DNA from: the human T2T-CHM13v2.0 reference genome, Homo sapiens | Assembly: GCF_009914755.1 (NCBI RefSeq) | Contig: NC_060925.1 | DNA length: 64,000 bases | Strand: one strand, 5' to 3' | In this document: piece by piece, positions 1 through 9,899 of the stretch | How the letters are laid out: each line of letters starts with the position of its first letter | Position numbering within the stretch: position 1 is the stretch's first letter | Made by a program: the position numbers and the translations under genes | Notes under the pieces: generated by a model | Databases searched by the model: none | Seen by the model: the letters and a program-made list of their open reading frames with translations, nothing else | Told to the model about the DNA's origin: nothing

Positions 1-500
1 AACAGCCCGTTTTTCCTGATAGATTCACTGGGAAGGGCACACTGTGTCTGTGCTATTCTTACCAAAAATGCATAACCTCAATCAAATCATGGGAAAATAT
101 CAGGTAAACCCAAAACAACGTTATGTTTTACGTAATATCTGACCAGTGCGTTTCAAAAGTGTCAAGATCACAAAACACAAAGACTAACAAGCTCTCACAG
201 ATTATTGGAGACTAAGGAGAAAAAACAATTAACTACAATGTGAGGTCCTGGGTTGGATCTCAGAAAACTAGAAACAAGGATGATAGTGGAAAAACTGATG
301 AAATCTGAATAAAGTCCACAGTTTAGTTAATAGCATTGTTACTAATTATAATTTCTTTATTTTGATAATTTTTCTAAGTTTATATGAAAGGTTAAAATCA
401 GACGAATCTGGGCAAAAGTTATGCAGAAACTTTCTGTACTATTTTTTACAAACCTGTAAGACTACAATTATTTTAAATTATTATGTTTTTATTAAAAAAT
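1..500 (+). mobile_element. Old L1M (L1MC/L1ME-type) 3' UTR fragment
   Basis: Typical L1MC/ME 3' end motifs (ccaaaaatgcataacctcaat, gaaatctgaataaagtc, tctgtactattttt). Confidence 0.7.
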
Positions 501-544
501 TTAAATATATTCTGAAGCTGTACTTAGTTTTACTTTAATGTTCA

Positions 545-3500
545 CTAGACTTCAGTACCAACACAATTGGCATATTGATATATATATAATTGTTCTGAGG
601 AAAGCTTGTTTGATTTGGTGATTTTCTGTATTTTTACTAAGAAATGGAAGTATTTCCATTTCAAGTAAATTGGTACAAGAGCCAAATTCAGTGAGAATGA
701 TATTAATTTTCCCCCAGAAACCAACAGAGCCTCAGAAGAGTAGACAAAAGTTTGGGAAGTCTTTTGAGAGTTTCCTAAAATCAGACTTTTATAATGGCAC
801 AAATGCTTTCGATAAGGATTCTTTGTATCCTTTCTCAAAGGACTTTTTGCTTATTAACTTAGGGAAGTGAGGGCAAGCATTTTTTTTGGAGAAGTCACAG
901 TACATTTACAACACAGCTTTCAACATCATTGGTAGGAATTTGTAATCTTGAAAAATGCATGGAAGTCTCAATGCACTTTATAAAGGTCTTTGGGAGACAA
1001 TATAATGGAATTCTTAACACAGTCCAATCAGAGTCTATCTCTTACTTATGGGCATGTACGTGTACTGTGGCAAATATTTTGGTATCCTGGGTATCTTTAG
1101 TTCAATCCCCAGAATATTAAACAATTCCCAGGCTTCGATTTTCTGTAAATGTTCAAGATCATCTAATAGCAATGATGTGAACTGCTCTGACAGACAGGTA
1201 ATAAAAATTATGCTAATGAATTTGTAGTATAAAATCTCTCTAGGTGGTCTTTATTCTTGTTGAATCTTTAATTCATTTTCCTAAATATTTAAACAAGTCA
1301 CTTTTATAACTCTACAGACCCTACTAAGAAATTGGCATCTCTGACCTGATCTGCAGATATTCTTGAGCTTCTTTCTCTTTATTGGGTTGGCCTGTTATAT
1401 TGTGTTATGCAGAAATGACCAGTATTTCTATTAACAGCTACTCCTTTAATTATTCTCCCAAGTATTGATGAAGGTCACTAGTGAAATCTTTCTCTGGCCT
1501 TCAAAGTGTTATATTTGGTTCTGTGTAGAAAGATTGTTGAAGAGTATCAATTTCAAGTTCACATTATAATGATCTGGCCAAGTAGTATTTTTTTAAATCT
1601 CCAAAATTAGAAATGCCTATCTCTTACATTACAAGCAGCCACATTCTCAAAAGGCTCTTAAGATCAACAATGAGACATGAGCAAGGAGAGGTAAGGCTGG
1701 TGATACATATCATTTCAATTATATCAGAACTGTTTTAATGCCTTAGCTTTAAGGACCCCCCAATCAGCAAGCACCACAACGTGAGTCTTTTTGGTGACTC
1801 CTATTTTATCTCCTTTGCCTAGAAAGGATATCTACACATGAATTTAGAAAACAGGATAGGCCTCAATCACTTCAGCTACACGCAAACCAAATTCTTTTAC
1901 TCACAGAGTCTCAAAAGTTTCTGAGTGGAGATTTTATGCAACTGTTGATTTAAAATGCACTAAAGAATTTATACTTTCATTTTCTGGAGCGTTCTTTTTA
2001 ATCAAGATCTTATGCTTGATACTAGAATACCTACTGGGATAGAAAAAAAGTAGATTGAAAAGCAAACATTGAATCACTATACTTTTTTACATAAAATACA
2101 TATCAAGATTAATTACAACTTAAAAACTTCATCTGCAACTGCAGCAACTCAGAGAAATAGGACACTAATAGCATCACTGATTCCAGCATAGACAGCATAA
2201 CAATAATTCTAGAGAAAATCGAGTGCCGTAGAAGGCAATCCTCATTAGCTGTTTGTCATGGCAGGTTACATCCCATGCTGTCAGGTCTCCTTGAATACTC
2301 ACTTACAACTGAAACCCAGAAGTTGCCCAGCAAAAGGGAGAACATATTCAGCTTTGTAAAGGTAACTTCCATTTGCAAACAATAAACCCTAATCATATAA
2401 TATTTAGCAGGATTTTACTATAAATTCAATTCTAATTATATTCAATGCAAGATTCAATTTTGTTTCATATTCTATGTTGTTTGTTTTTCACTTAAATTAG
2501 AGCCTCTGTTCCCAGGGGTGTTATATCTTCAGTAATCTCATACCTCAAAATGGCTACCTCTGACCATCTCAGCTTCAGCAAATCTCTTGAACTCTTTCTT
2601 GAATGATCGATCTTCAGCAAATGCATAACACCTGCTAAGAAGACCTTTTTCTTCTAATATTTAAATCCAAATATTCAATTTATTTAAAAGAGAACTTTAT
2701 ATGTGCCTAATTATTTACCTTCAAATTATCAAAGAGAAAAAATGGTAAAGGTTATTTACTCATCAGGAAAGCTTTTGAGTCACCAATACATTTTCAGAAA
2801 ACTTTTAATGATGTTTAATACAGGAAAATGCTTTTTTTCTGAAACTTCAAAACCCGGTTCACATGAAACTACCCTATGATTAAAATAATCTCTAAACTTG
2901 TAAGCAAGAATCTATTTAACCCACAAGTCTATTTCTTTTCTCCCTATTTTCTAATCAAATTCTAAAATGTTGTGGAAAGATACAGTGAAAATATCTACTG
3001 CTTTGCGAGCAGTCTCGTTCAATAACATGCAGACCTACAATACCCCTCTCATATGCATTTTAAACTTAGAAAAATCTGACTTCTGAACCAACAGTTCCAG
3101 TTCGAATTTTGAGATAAACAGTAGTAATCCCTGGACTTTAAAACCTAGTATTTAGGAAATGTGGGTGAACTAATGGAATTAACCCAAATGTATAAAGAAA
3201 CTTGAAACATGCTGATGGAGACCCCTAAAGTAGAGGGCACATACATATGCAGGCACTCCATTTCTGAGCCTTCTTAATTAATCTACTATTTTCTCCAGAG
3301 CTGGGATTTTCTACTTTTAATGCAATAGCAAAATAACAATTCAGCATGTTCCCAGAGTACAAACAAGGATTGTGCTGATGTAATATTTACAACTGCATCT
3401 TCTCTGTGTTCTTCTTTTATCTCTTCCTCAGCTCTGGGTCTTTTATCAGTCAGTCAGCTAAGGTCAGACTCACCTCAATGGCTCAGCACACCAGTCTTGT

Positions 3501-3610
3501 TTCCATTACATTTGGAGGCAGAAAATCTGAATCTTTACAATGCTGACCTTATTGTTTTACAAGCTATTGATTATGGCTATCAAATTTCAACAGTTTACTG
3601 GGGTCAGTCT
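545..3610 (-). pseudogene. Degenerate SAMD9-family (AlbA_2 + SIR2-like + STAND NTPase) gene fossil, large exon(s); continues left of the L1M fragment / window edge
   Basis: Minus-strand translation gives motifs colinear with SAMD9 as I recall it. LLKFD..DFLPPNVMETRLVC*AIE ~ PFD..SLQPETGPGNLIDPIHE; RRLRNGVPAYVCA..FIHLG (3274-3182) ~ KMKFSNEVFRFASA..TIHFG; ILGFKVQ ~ IVGIKVT; KMHMRGVL*VCMLL ~ KKCIREPRFVEVLL; LLFANG (2385-2368) ~ WIFCNG; IEMIC (1719-1705) ~ LEIIC; QQSFY (1539-1525) ~ EEDFY; LLLDDLE (1172-1152) ~ Walker B LLLVDDFE; ILSPKD ~ QLSPKE; DFHAFF..VESCVVNVL ~ DFYSFM..IENVVRNIL. Many stops and frameshifts. Strong polypyrimidine/CAG acceptor at 3611-3637. Confidence 0.7.
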
Positions 3611-4199
3611 CTGGAAAAAGAAAAGGCAGAAAGAGAAGCCACATTCCTCTCCCTCTTCTGACTGCACTGACTTCTCCATTAGTTAGATTTTGGTGTAATT
3701 AGAATGAATCACTGCCAGACGCAGCTCCTGTCTATTCTAGACTGCCACTCTTGATTCACCTAGATTTTTGGCCATACATCAGAGAACACATCTGTTATGT
3801 AATGAGGAATGTACAGAGTGGAAAGGGGAGGTCAGCGAGAAGCGAATGGGCCCTCTCTAGGAATGATTATAGAGTTACTGACACACAAATAAATGGCATG
3901 TATCACAATCCACAACTTTTAGGAAGTGTAAATCTCATATTTGACATACCCTTTGGCAAGAGATAGACTTTATGAATCTTTTTCATATCACTAGAGCAGT
4001 TTTATACAAGGATACCCTGTCCTGACATAATTCTCAACCTCAAATGCTTTTATCTATCAGGAATATATTTTTTCACTGTAATTTTTTTCAATACATTAGG
4101 CCTTCAATATAATAATCATTATACCACAGTACTTTTGCTTCATATATTATTTTCTCCCCTTGACTACTTTCTTTCTAATCTTGTGATTCCTTTAATAAT

Positions 4200-4440
4200 A
4201 TTACCATTTATTGAATGCTCACAATATTCTGGCACTGTGCTAAGTGATTTAGTTAGTTATCTCATTTAAACCTCAACAATACTGAGGTAGTTCTGTTATT
4301 GTCTTTACTTCATGGATGAGAAGGCTGAGATAAAGCAAGCTTAAGTGATTTTGATGACGATCACATAAAAATTAAGTGGTAGAAATCAGACTTGAACCCA
4401 GGAAATACGTCTCTGAACCTATAAGCTTAACCACTGCACC
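4200..4440 (-). mobile_element. MIR SINE
   Basis: catttattgaatgc..gatgagaaggctgag..gacttgaacccagg..cttaaccact, MIR core in reverse orientation. Confidence 0.75.
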
Positions 4441-4629
4441 AGATTGGCTCCTTTTCATTAAAGGAACAAGTGAATGAACTAGCCAACTACCCACCCACCA
4501 ACTCTGTGCCTGTCTCTTTGCTTGATACTGAGAATACAAAGGTGACCCTCTCATTGTCCCAATTCTTAAGTACATCACAGAATAACAACATGTGCCAAAA
4601 TAGCTTCATTATAAGAATATAACTAGAAT

Positions 4630-4830
4630 AAAATAGCTAACATTTGTTGCTTATTATGTGCCAGATACTGTTTGAAATGCTTGACCTACCTTGTCTAATA
4701 TAAACCTGATAACTCCAAGGTAGGTACTATTGTGATCCCCATTTCATAGATAAGAAAAGCCAAACACAGGAAAGCGTGGATGCTTGGAAAAGACAGCCAG
4801 CTATGATGGGGTAGATCTGAGATACAAAGT
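4630..4830 (-). mobile_element. MIR SINE
   Basis: aatagctaacattt..tatgtgccag..ccccatttcatagataagaaa. Confidence 0.7.
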
Positions 4831-5352
4831 CAGGTGGAAAGAGCCACAAGATATGCAGATAGTGGGCTAGATTTTGTAAAGGAAAATGTGTCTCTTCAGT
4901 TAAAAAAAAAAATCAGAGAAGTCTTCATAGCAGTGATGGCATTTGATCAAGACCTTGAATCATAAGAAAAGGCAATAAAATGAGCTAAGACATTCATGTA
5001 GAAAAACCCAGGGCATATATATATACTGAGAATAGTAAATAGTTCAGAGGAAACCATGACTGAGTGTATGATTAATAAAGACCATACTATGTATATTTCC
5101 ATCCTCAGAGTATCCTTGAATCATTGCTACTATATAACATAATGGTAAGTGGGCTACAGAATTTAAGTTGTAACTCACCTACAAAAACAGAGGGAAACAT
5201 GCTTTTGAAAAACTATTAAACACATTTTTCACATTAGAGCTTGATTCTAACATGCATTTTAGTGACACGGCTGTCCAGTGTCTTCCAGTCATCGTCATTG
5301 TCACTGGTATACTCTTGGGACAGATTTTCTTGCCTCAGTTTTTATTATGCAC

Positions 5353-5809
5353 CATATCAGTCAAGGTCCCAACAAAAAATAAATGGCGCAGTCAAAATGG
5401 GATGGCTTGAGAAGAGTTTGTTTTCATAAAAACTATTATAAAGTTGTGGGTAGAGTGTGGAGGAACCACTAGGGACAGTGCAGAAACCTGGACTAACAGC
5501 AATGGAGTATTCCATCCCCCTTTGCATAAAGGCATGAGGAAAGGGAGAGGTGAAGAACCCAGAATGAAGAAGAGCCAGTAGAGGAGGCGACCCTGAGGAC
5601 AACAGTGACCTTCAGTGGAAGGAAACAGACACTTGAAAGGAGCCAAGGGAATAAGGGAACACCTGATTTTTCCCCCACCTTTAAACCTAGGTGTTTGGGG
5701 CTGGACTTCCTATTGGCCTAAGCAAACCAGAAACCATATGGCATAAGCACCATGGTTGTTGTCTCTGTAAGTCAGCAGGTCAGAAGGGCAGAAGGAAGAT
5801 ATTAGTACA
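5353..5809 (-). mobile_element. LTR33-type ERVL solo LTR
   Basis: Reverse complement begins TGTACTAATA.. and ends ..gccatttattttttgttgggaccttgactgatatg, matching LTR33 termini; plus strand shows cctattggcctaagcaaaccagaaacc. Confidence 0.7.
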
Positions 5810-6045
5810 TCTACATACAATTTTGTTCTGCACATTGTCAGCTTTTCAGGAATAAATGATTTAAATCATCATTAAAATATGCCCCTGACTCATATGGAAT
5901 CTTTTAGATTGTTATAGAAGATCACTTGAACTTAGTAAATACACCTTAACAAATGACTTTTTATACTTTCAGAGTAAATATACGCCCCAGGTACTCAGAT
6001 ATTCAAGTAATTATGTTGTAACTCTTGATTCAGACAAAAGAAACT

Positions 6046-6222
6046 CTCTGGGGACTGTGGTGGGGTGGGGGGAGGGGGGAGGGATAGCATTGGGAGATAT
6101 ACCTAATGCTAGATGACGAGTTAGTGGGTGCAGCGCACCAGCATGGCACATGTATACATATATAACTAACCTGCACATTGTGCACATGTACCCTAAAACT
6201 TAAAGTATAATAAAAAAAAAAA
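6046..6222 (+). mobile_element. Very short 5'-truncated young L1 (L1PA2-like 3' end) with poly(A)
   Basis: Near-identical to the L1HS/L1PA2 3' UTR (G-rich tract, ctagatgacGAGttagtggg = non-Ta diagnostic); poly(A); possible aaaagaaa TSD. Confidence 0.9.
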
Positions 6223-6310
6223 GAAAAGTCATTTGGTATTTATTTTAATGGTTTGAAGGGTTTTTGAAATAGGTTGAAACAGAGTTTTACATGAAAACTT
6301 CCGTTTAGGT

Positions 6311-6488
6311 CAGTGAATTATAAACTTGGTTACACAATGAAATCACCTGGGAAGCTTTCGAAATTACTGATGCCTGGGACCCAGGCCTGGAAAGTCTGTT
6401 CTAACTGGTCTGAATTCTAGCCTGGGCAACAGAAGTTCTAGATGTTCCCCAGTAGAGTCTAATGTGCAATCAAGACTGAGAGCCACTG
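6311..6488. mobile_element. MER5A (hAT-Charlie) MITE
   Basis: cagtg..aatcacctggg..tctaatgtgca..gagagccactg termini; degenerate 8-bp TSD gtttaggt/atttagtc. Confidence 0.75.
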
Positions 6489-6979
6489 ATTTAGTCCATA
6501 ATGATAACTAACAGGTGGTCTTCTTATCAGCCTTTTACAATATGATCTTATTGTTCCTGTTTACTCAGTAAGATATTTGTCCTCTTCAAAATTAATCATA
6601 AGGCAATTAACCGTATGGTTAGTTAACTGAACCATTTAATAAATTAAAATTACTACATGAACCTTGCCAGTTTGCCTTTATTTACTCTCCATGTCAACAT
6701 CATCTGAATCAAGCAATTATATTGTACATGGATAGCCTACATTTTATCTCAAAGTTGCTAAGGAAACAAGTTATATATTTATATAATGCTAATCTGAAGA
6801 GGAACCAGTAAATGTTATTGCAAATATTAACATTTATTTTGTAGTTTTTTCTTTTGAAAAACTCAGCTGCAAGCAGATCTCACAAAATGTTTTATTGACT
6901 ATAGGAGCATTTTTCCTGCATTGACAATGCAGTCCCATCTAGCACACTTCATCACTGCTAGATAAGGTTCCATCTAGCA

Positions 6980-7202
6980 GCAGTCCAGCATAGAAGTTAG
7001 AAGCTGGACTCTGAGTTTGAATCTGACTCCATCGCTTTCTAGCCATGCAATTTTTGCCAAGTCACTTTTCTGCTTCTGTAAAGCTAAAATAATAATGCTC
7101 ACCTCACAGGGTTATTAAGAGAATTACCAGAGTTGATATGGGTAAAAGCACACAGCACAGTATCTAGCCCATAGGAAGAGTTATATGTGTTAGCCATTAT
7201 TA
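6980..7202 (+). mobile_element. MIR SINE
   Basis: ctgagtttgaatctgactcc..caagtcactt..ctgtaaa..acctcacagggttatt..ttagccattat. Confidence 0.7.
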
Positions 7203-8581
7203 ACAGCCATGCAACCTGGGGTGACTTATGTGCTAGGAAAATGTCTTTTTCTCCAATAGAAATTTCCTCTCAGTGATACATCAGCTTACCAATTAGGCTT
7301 TAGTTAACATGCAAAGGTCATTCATACAGCTAATTCTTGGCTTTAGAAAGTATATGAAAAAAATCAATAAATACACAATTAAAAAGAAAAGGAATTAGAG
7401 TTTTCATATTTCCATTTCCATCTCTCTTAGGAGCCTTCTTGATAAATACTCATTGATACTGCAATCAATAAAGGGAAGGATTTGGAGATCACACCTGCCA
7501 AAAAAAGGCAGAAAATGGGGAGAAAGTTCACCTAAGTTCTCTACAATGTAAAAGCATAAAGTTAATTTCTAATCAAGTATTTAGTTGAATGAGGGTGATT
7601 CAAAAATTGCCTTGGTTATATTGAGCTGAAGGTTTTCTCTTTGACAGGGGACAAGTTCCTGCCCCATCTGCATTCTGGTGGTTCATATTGTTCTTACCTA
7701 ATGAGATATAAAATATCTCCTAAATATTGACACTTTAGAGGCATGCTTCACTCAGCATGAAGGTTTGAGACATCAAGGATACCTTGGGCATCCTCAGATT
7801 CCTACAACTTGTCAGACAAATTAGCACCTTTTCAACCAAGGGTAAAATTGAGTTTCACATTTCTTCCTGGTGGGGGGAAAGAATGAAGGAGAAAATCACT
7901 CTGGTTTAATACTCCCTTTGTTAAGACAAATACAGAGAGCCTTATCATCTCTGTACAGCTCTCCCTGACCTCCTGATTTTTAATTCATTGGTTTTAAATG
8001 ATCCTTGACAGTTAAGATCCTTTTGTCAGTGCCTCTGTGCTTACTGCAGAAGACAGACACTGTGGCTTTTATTAGTCAAGCTATTTCTCTTTTTATGAAA
8101 TTTAACAAATTAGTCTTAAAGAAAAATTAACATTTTGTTAATAGATGCTGACAAATAGATTTTTAAATTTTTTAAAATTGTATAGGCATTTAAAAAATTT
8201 ACTTGAGTCCAGTTTATGAGCTGAGTTAACCACTTTAAGAAGTGAGAGGATGACACTAACAGCTTTAAAATTCCTCTGGGGAAGCTTCAGAAAAATGCTA
8301 TCCTGTAATTCTGAATAAAATGTACCATGTTCGTTCTTCCTTTCTTTTTCCTACAAATAACTTTTAATTTCATAAAGTGGAAAGAAATACATGAAAAATG
8401 CCTTGAAAAATATTGTTTGTTATTGTCATTGTTGTAAAACCATATCTTTATCTTTCTAGAGCTTAATATTATTGAACCCCAAAGCTCCAGAAGAACTTTA
8501 AAAAAATTTCCCCCAGAAAAAGAATCTCTTTGTGGCAAATTAACCCCCAAACATCCAACAATTAATGAACTTAAAAAAAAA

Positions 8582-9093
8582 ATCCAACTACTGGGTATTT
8601 ACCCAAAGGAAAAGAAATGATTATATCAAAAATATATTTGTACTCGTATGTTTATTGCAGTACTATTTGCAATAGCAAAGACATGGAACCAACCTAACAT
8701 TAGCAGATTATTGGGTTTTTAAAATGTGGTATACATACACAAAGGAATTGTACTCAGCCATAAAAAAAGAATGTGATCATGTCTTTGGCAGCAACATGGA
8801 CAGAACTGGAGGCCATTAAGTGAAATAGGTCAGAAACAGAAAGTCAAATACTTCATGTTCTTATTTATAAGTGGGAACTAAATAATGTGTACACATGAAT
8901 ATAGAGTGTGGAATAAATAATAGACATTGGAAACACAGAAGAGTGGAGAGGAGGGGTGAGAAATTACCTAAAGGGTACAATGTACACTGTTCAGATGATG
9001 GTTACACTAAAAGCCCAGACTTCACCACTATTTAATATACCTATGTAACAAAACTGCAGTTGTACCCCCTAAATATATAAAAATTTTTTAAAA
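8582..9093 (+). mobile_element. L1MA-type 3' end fragment
   Basis: ctgggtatttacccaaagg..gcaacatggacagaactggaggcc..cacttaaagcccagacttcacc-like 3' UTR motifs and A-rich tail. Confidence 0.8.
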
Positions 9094-9300
9094 GCTGGCA
9101 TAAACAGGGAGGACATGACAGGAGGTATTTCTCTGAAACACAGTTTGGTCAGTTTGCTCTGGGGGAAGAAGAATGAGTTGTCACTACAATCAGTATCTAT
9201 TCTCACAAAAACAGTTTTTTCAGTGGGACCCAAGACTATCAAAGCTAGTAGGATAATGGACAAAACACAGAAGAGGCCAAAGAGATGAGAAAAGAAAAAT

Positions 9301-9430
9301 CACAGAATTATAGAACTAGAAGACGTCTGAGACTTCATCTGAGAGATCATCTCCTCTAGTTCCCTCATTTTTCAGACAATAGGAAATTAGATCCAGTTAG
9401 TGGCTTTCCCATAGTCACATTCTTACTTCA
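9301..9430 (-). mobile_element. MIR/MIR3 fragment
   Basis: gagatcatct..ccctcatttttcagac core motif. Confidence 0.55.
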
Positions 9431-9899
9431 GCTGCCAAAACAATATCATTTCATGTATCAGCAATGCTTCTGGGATTGGCTGCAACAACAAGGACACCAC
9501 TAGTTGCAGTAAAACAGTATATGTACATCAGTAGTGGGTGTTCCAAACCACAGACCCTGGAAGAGAAGACAAGCAGTGTCAGAGCACCAGAACATGCAAC
9601 AGCTCTGTGGAGAAGGGTTCCTCAGTGAGGGAGGAGGATGGAGGGTCGCTTTGCTGCCTATAGCTTCTGGAGTATCCGTGAGCTACTTTAAAGACATACA
9701 TTACTTAGAAGACAGCTACTTCATTGCCCAGGAAATTTAACTGTATTCTTGCCATCTTTCTGCCCTCCTACTGAGTTCCCTGATTGATTTTATTCAGATG
9801 ATAAAATACAGCATTAGGAGAGATCACTTGCGAAATTTAATTCATCACACAGATGCTGGAAATGATTGACTTTATTATACTCTTAAAAAGGAACTTTAT

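Larger units (their letters stand above)
5179..6703 (-). pseudogene. Upstream exon of the same fossil gene, encoding two decayed CARD-like domains; interrupted by LTR33, L1PA and MER5A
   Basis: CAG acceptor at 6704-6706, GACATGG Kozak ATG at 6692-6690, GTGAGT donor at 5178-5173. In one candidate frame the donor is phase 1, matching the phase-1 acceptor at 3611. CARD1-like: VQLTNHTVNCLMINFEEDKYLTE*TGTIRS..KADK..HLLVIIM..GSF/SCK (cf. caspase-1 CARD [48 protein letters not shown]). CARD2-like: YLL*KYKKSFVK..KADNVQNKI..[LTR]..CII..N*GKKIC. Confidence 0.5.

Noticed and set aside
545-3300. Endogenous RNA-virus element (e.g. GDLTAWDVT resembling RdRp motif A; bornavirus L/G)
   Set aside because: No other polymerase motifs follow in order, whereas many colinear SAMD9-type motifs do, and splice sites are present.
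5173-5200. Recursive splice site (polypyrimidine-TAG|GTGAGT)
   Set aside because: More simply explained as the donor of the fossil CARD exon; it cannot be supported without nascent-RNA data.
5353-5460. CARD-looking peptide LRHLFFVGTLTD on the minus strand
   Set aside because: The DNA matches the 3' end of the LTR33 element, so the resemblance is coincidental. I excluded it from the CARD evidence.
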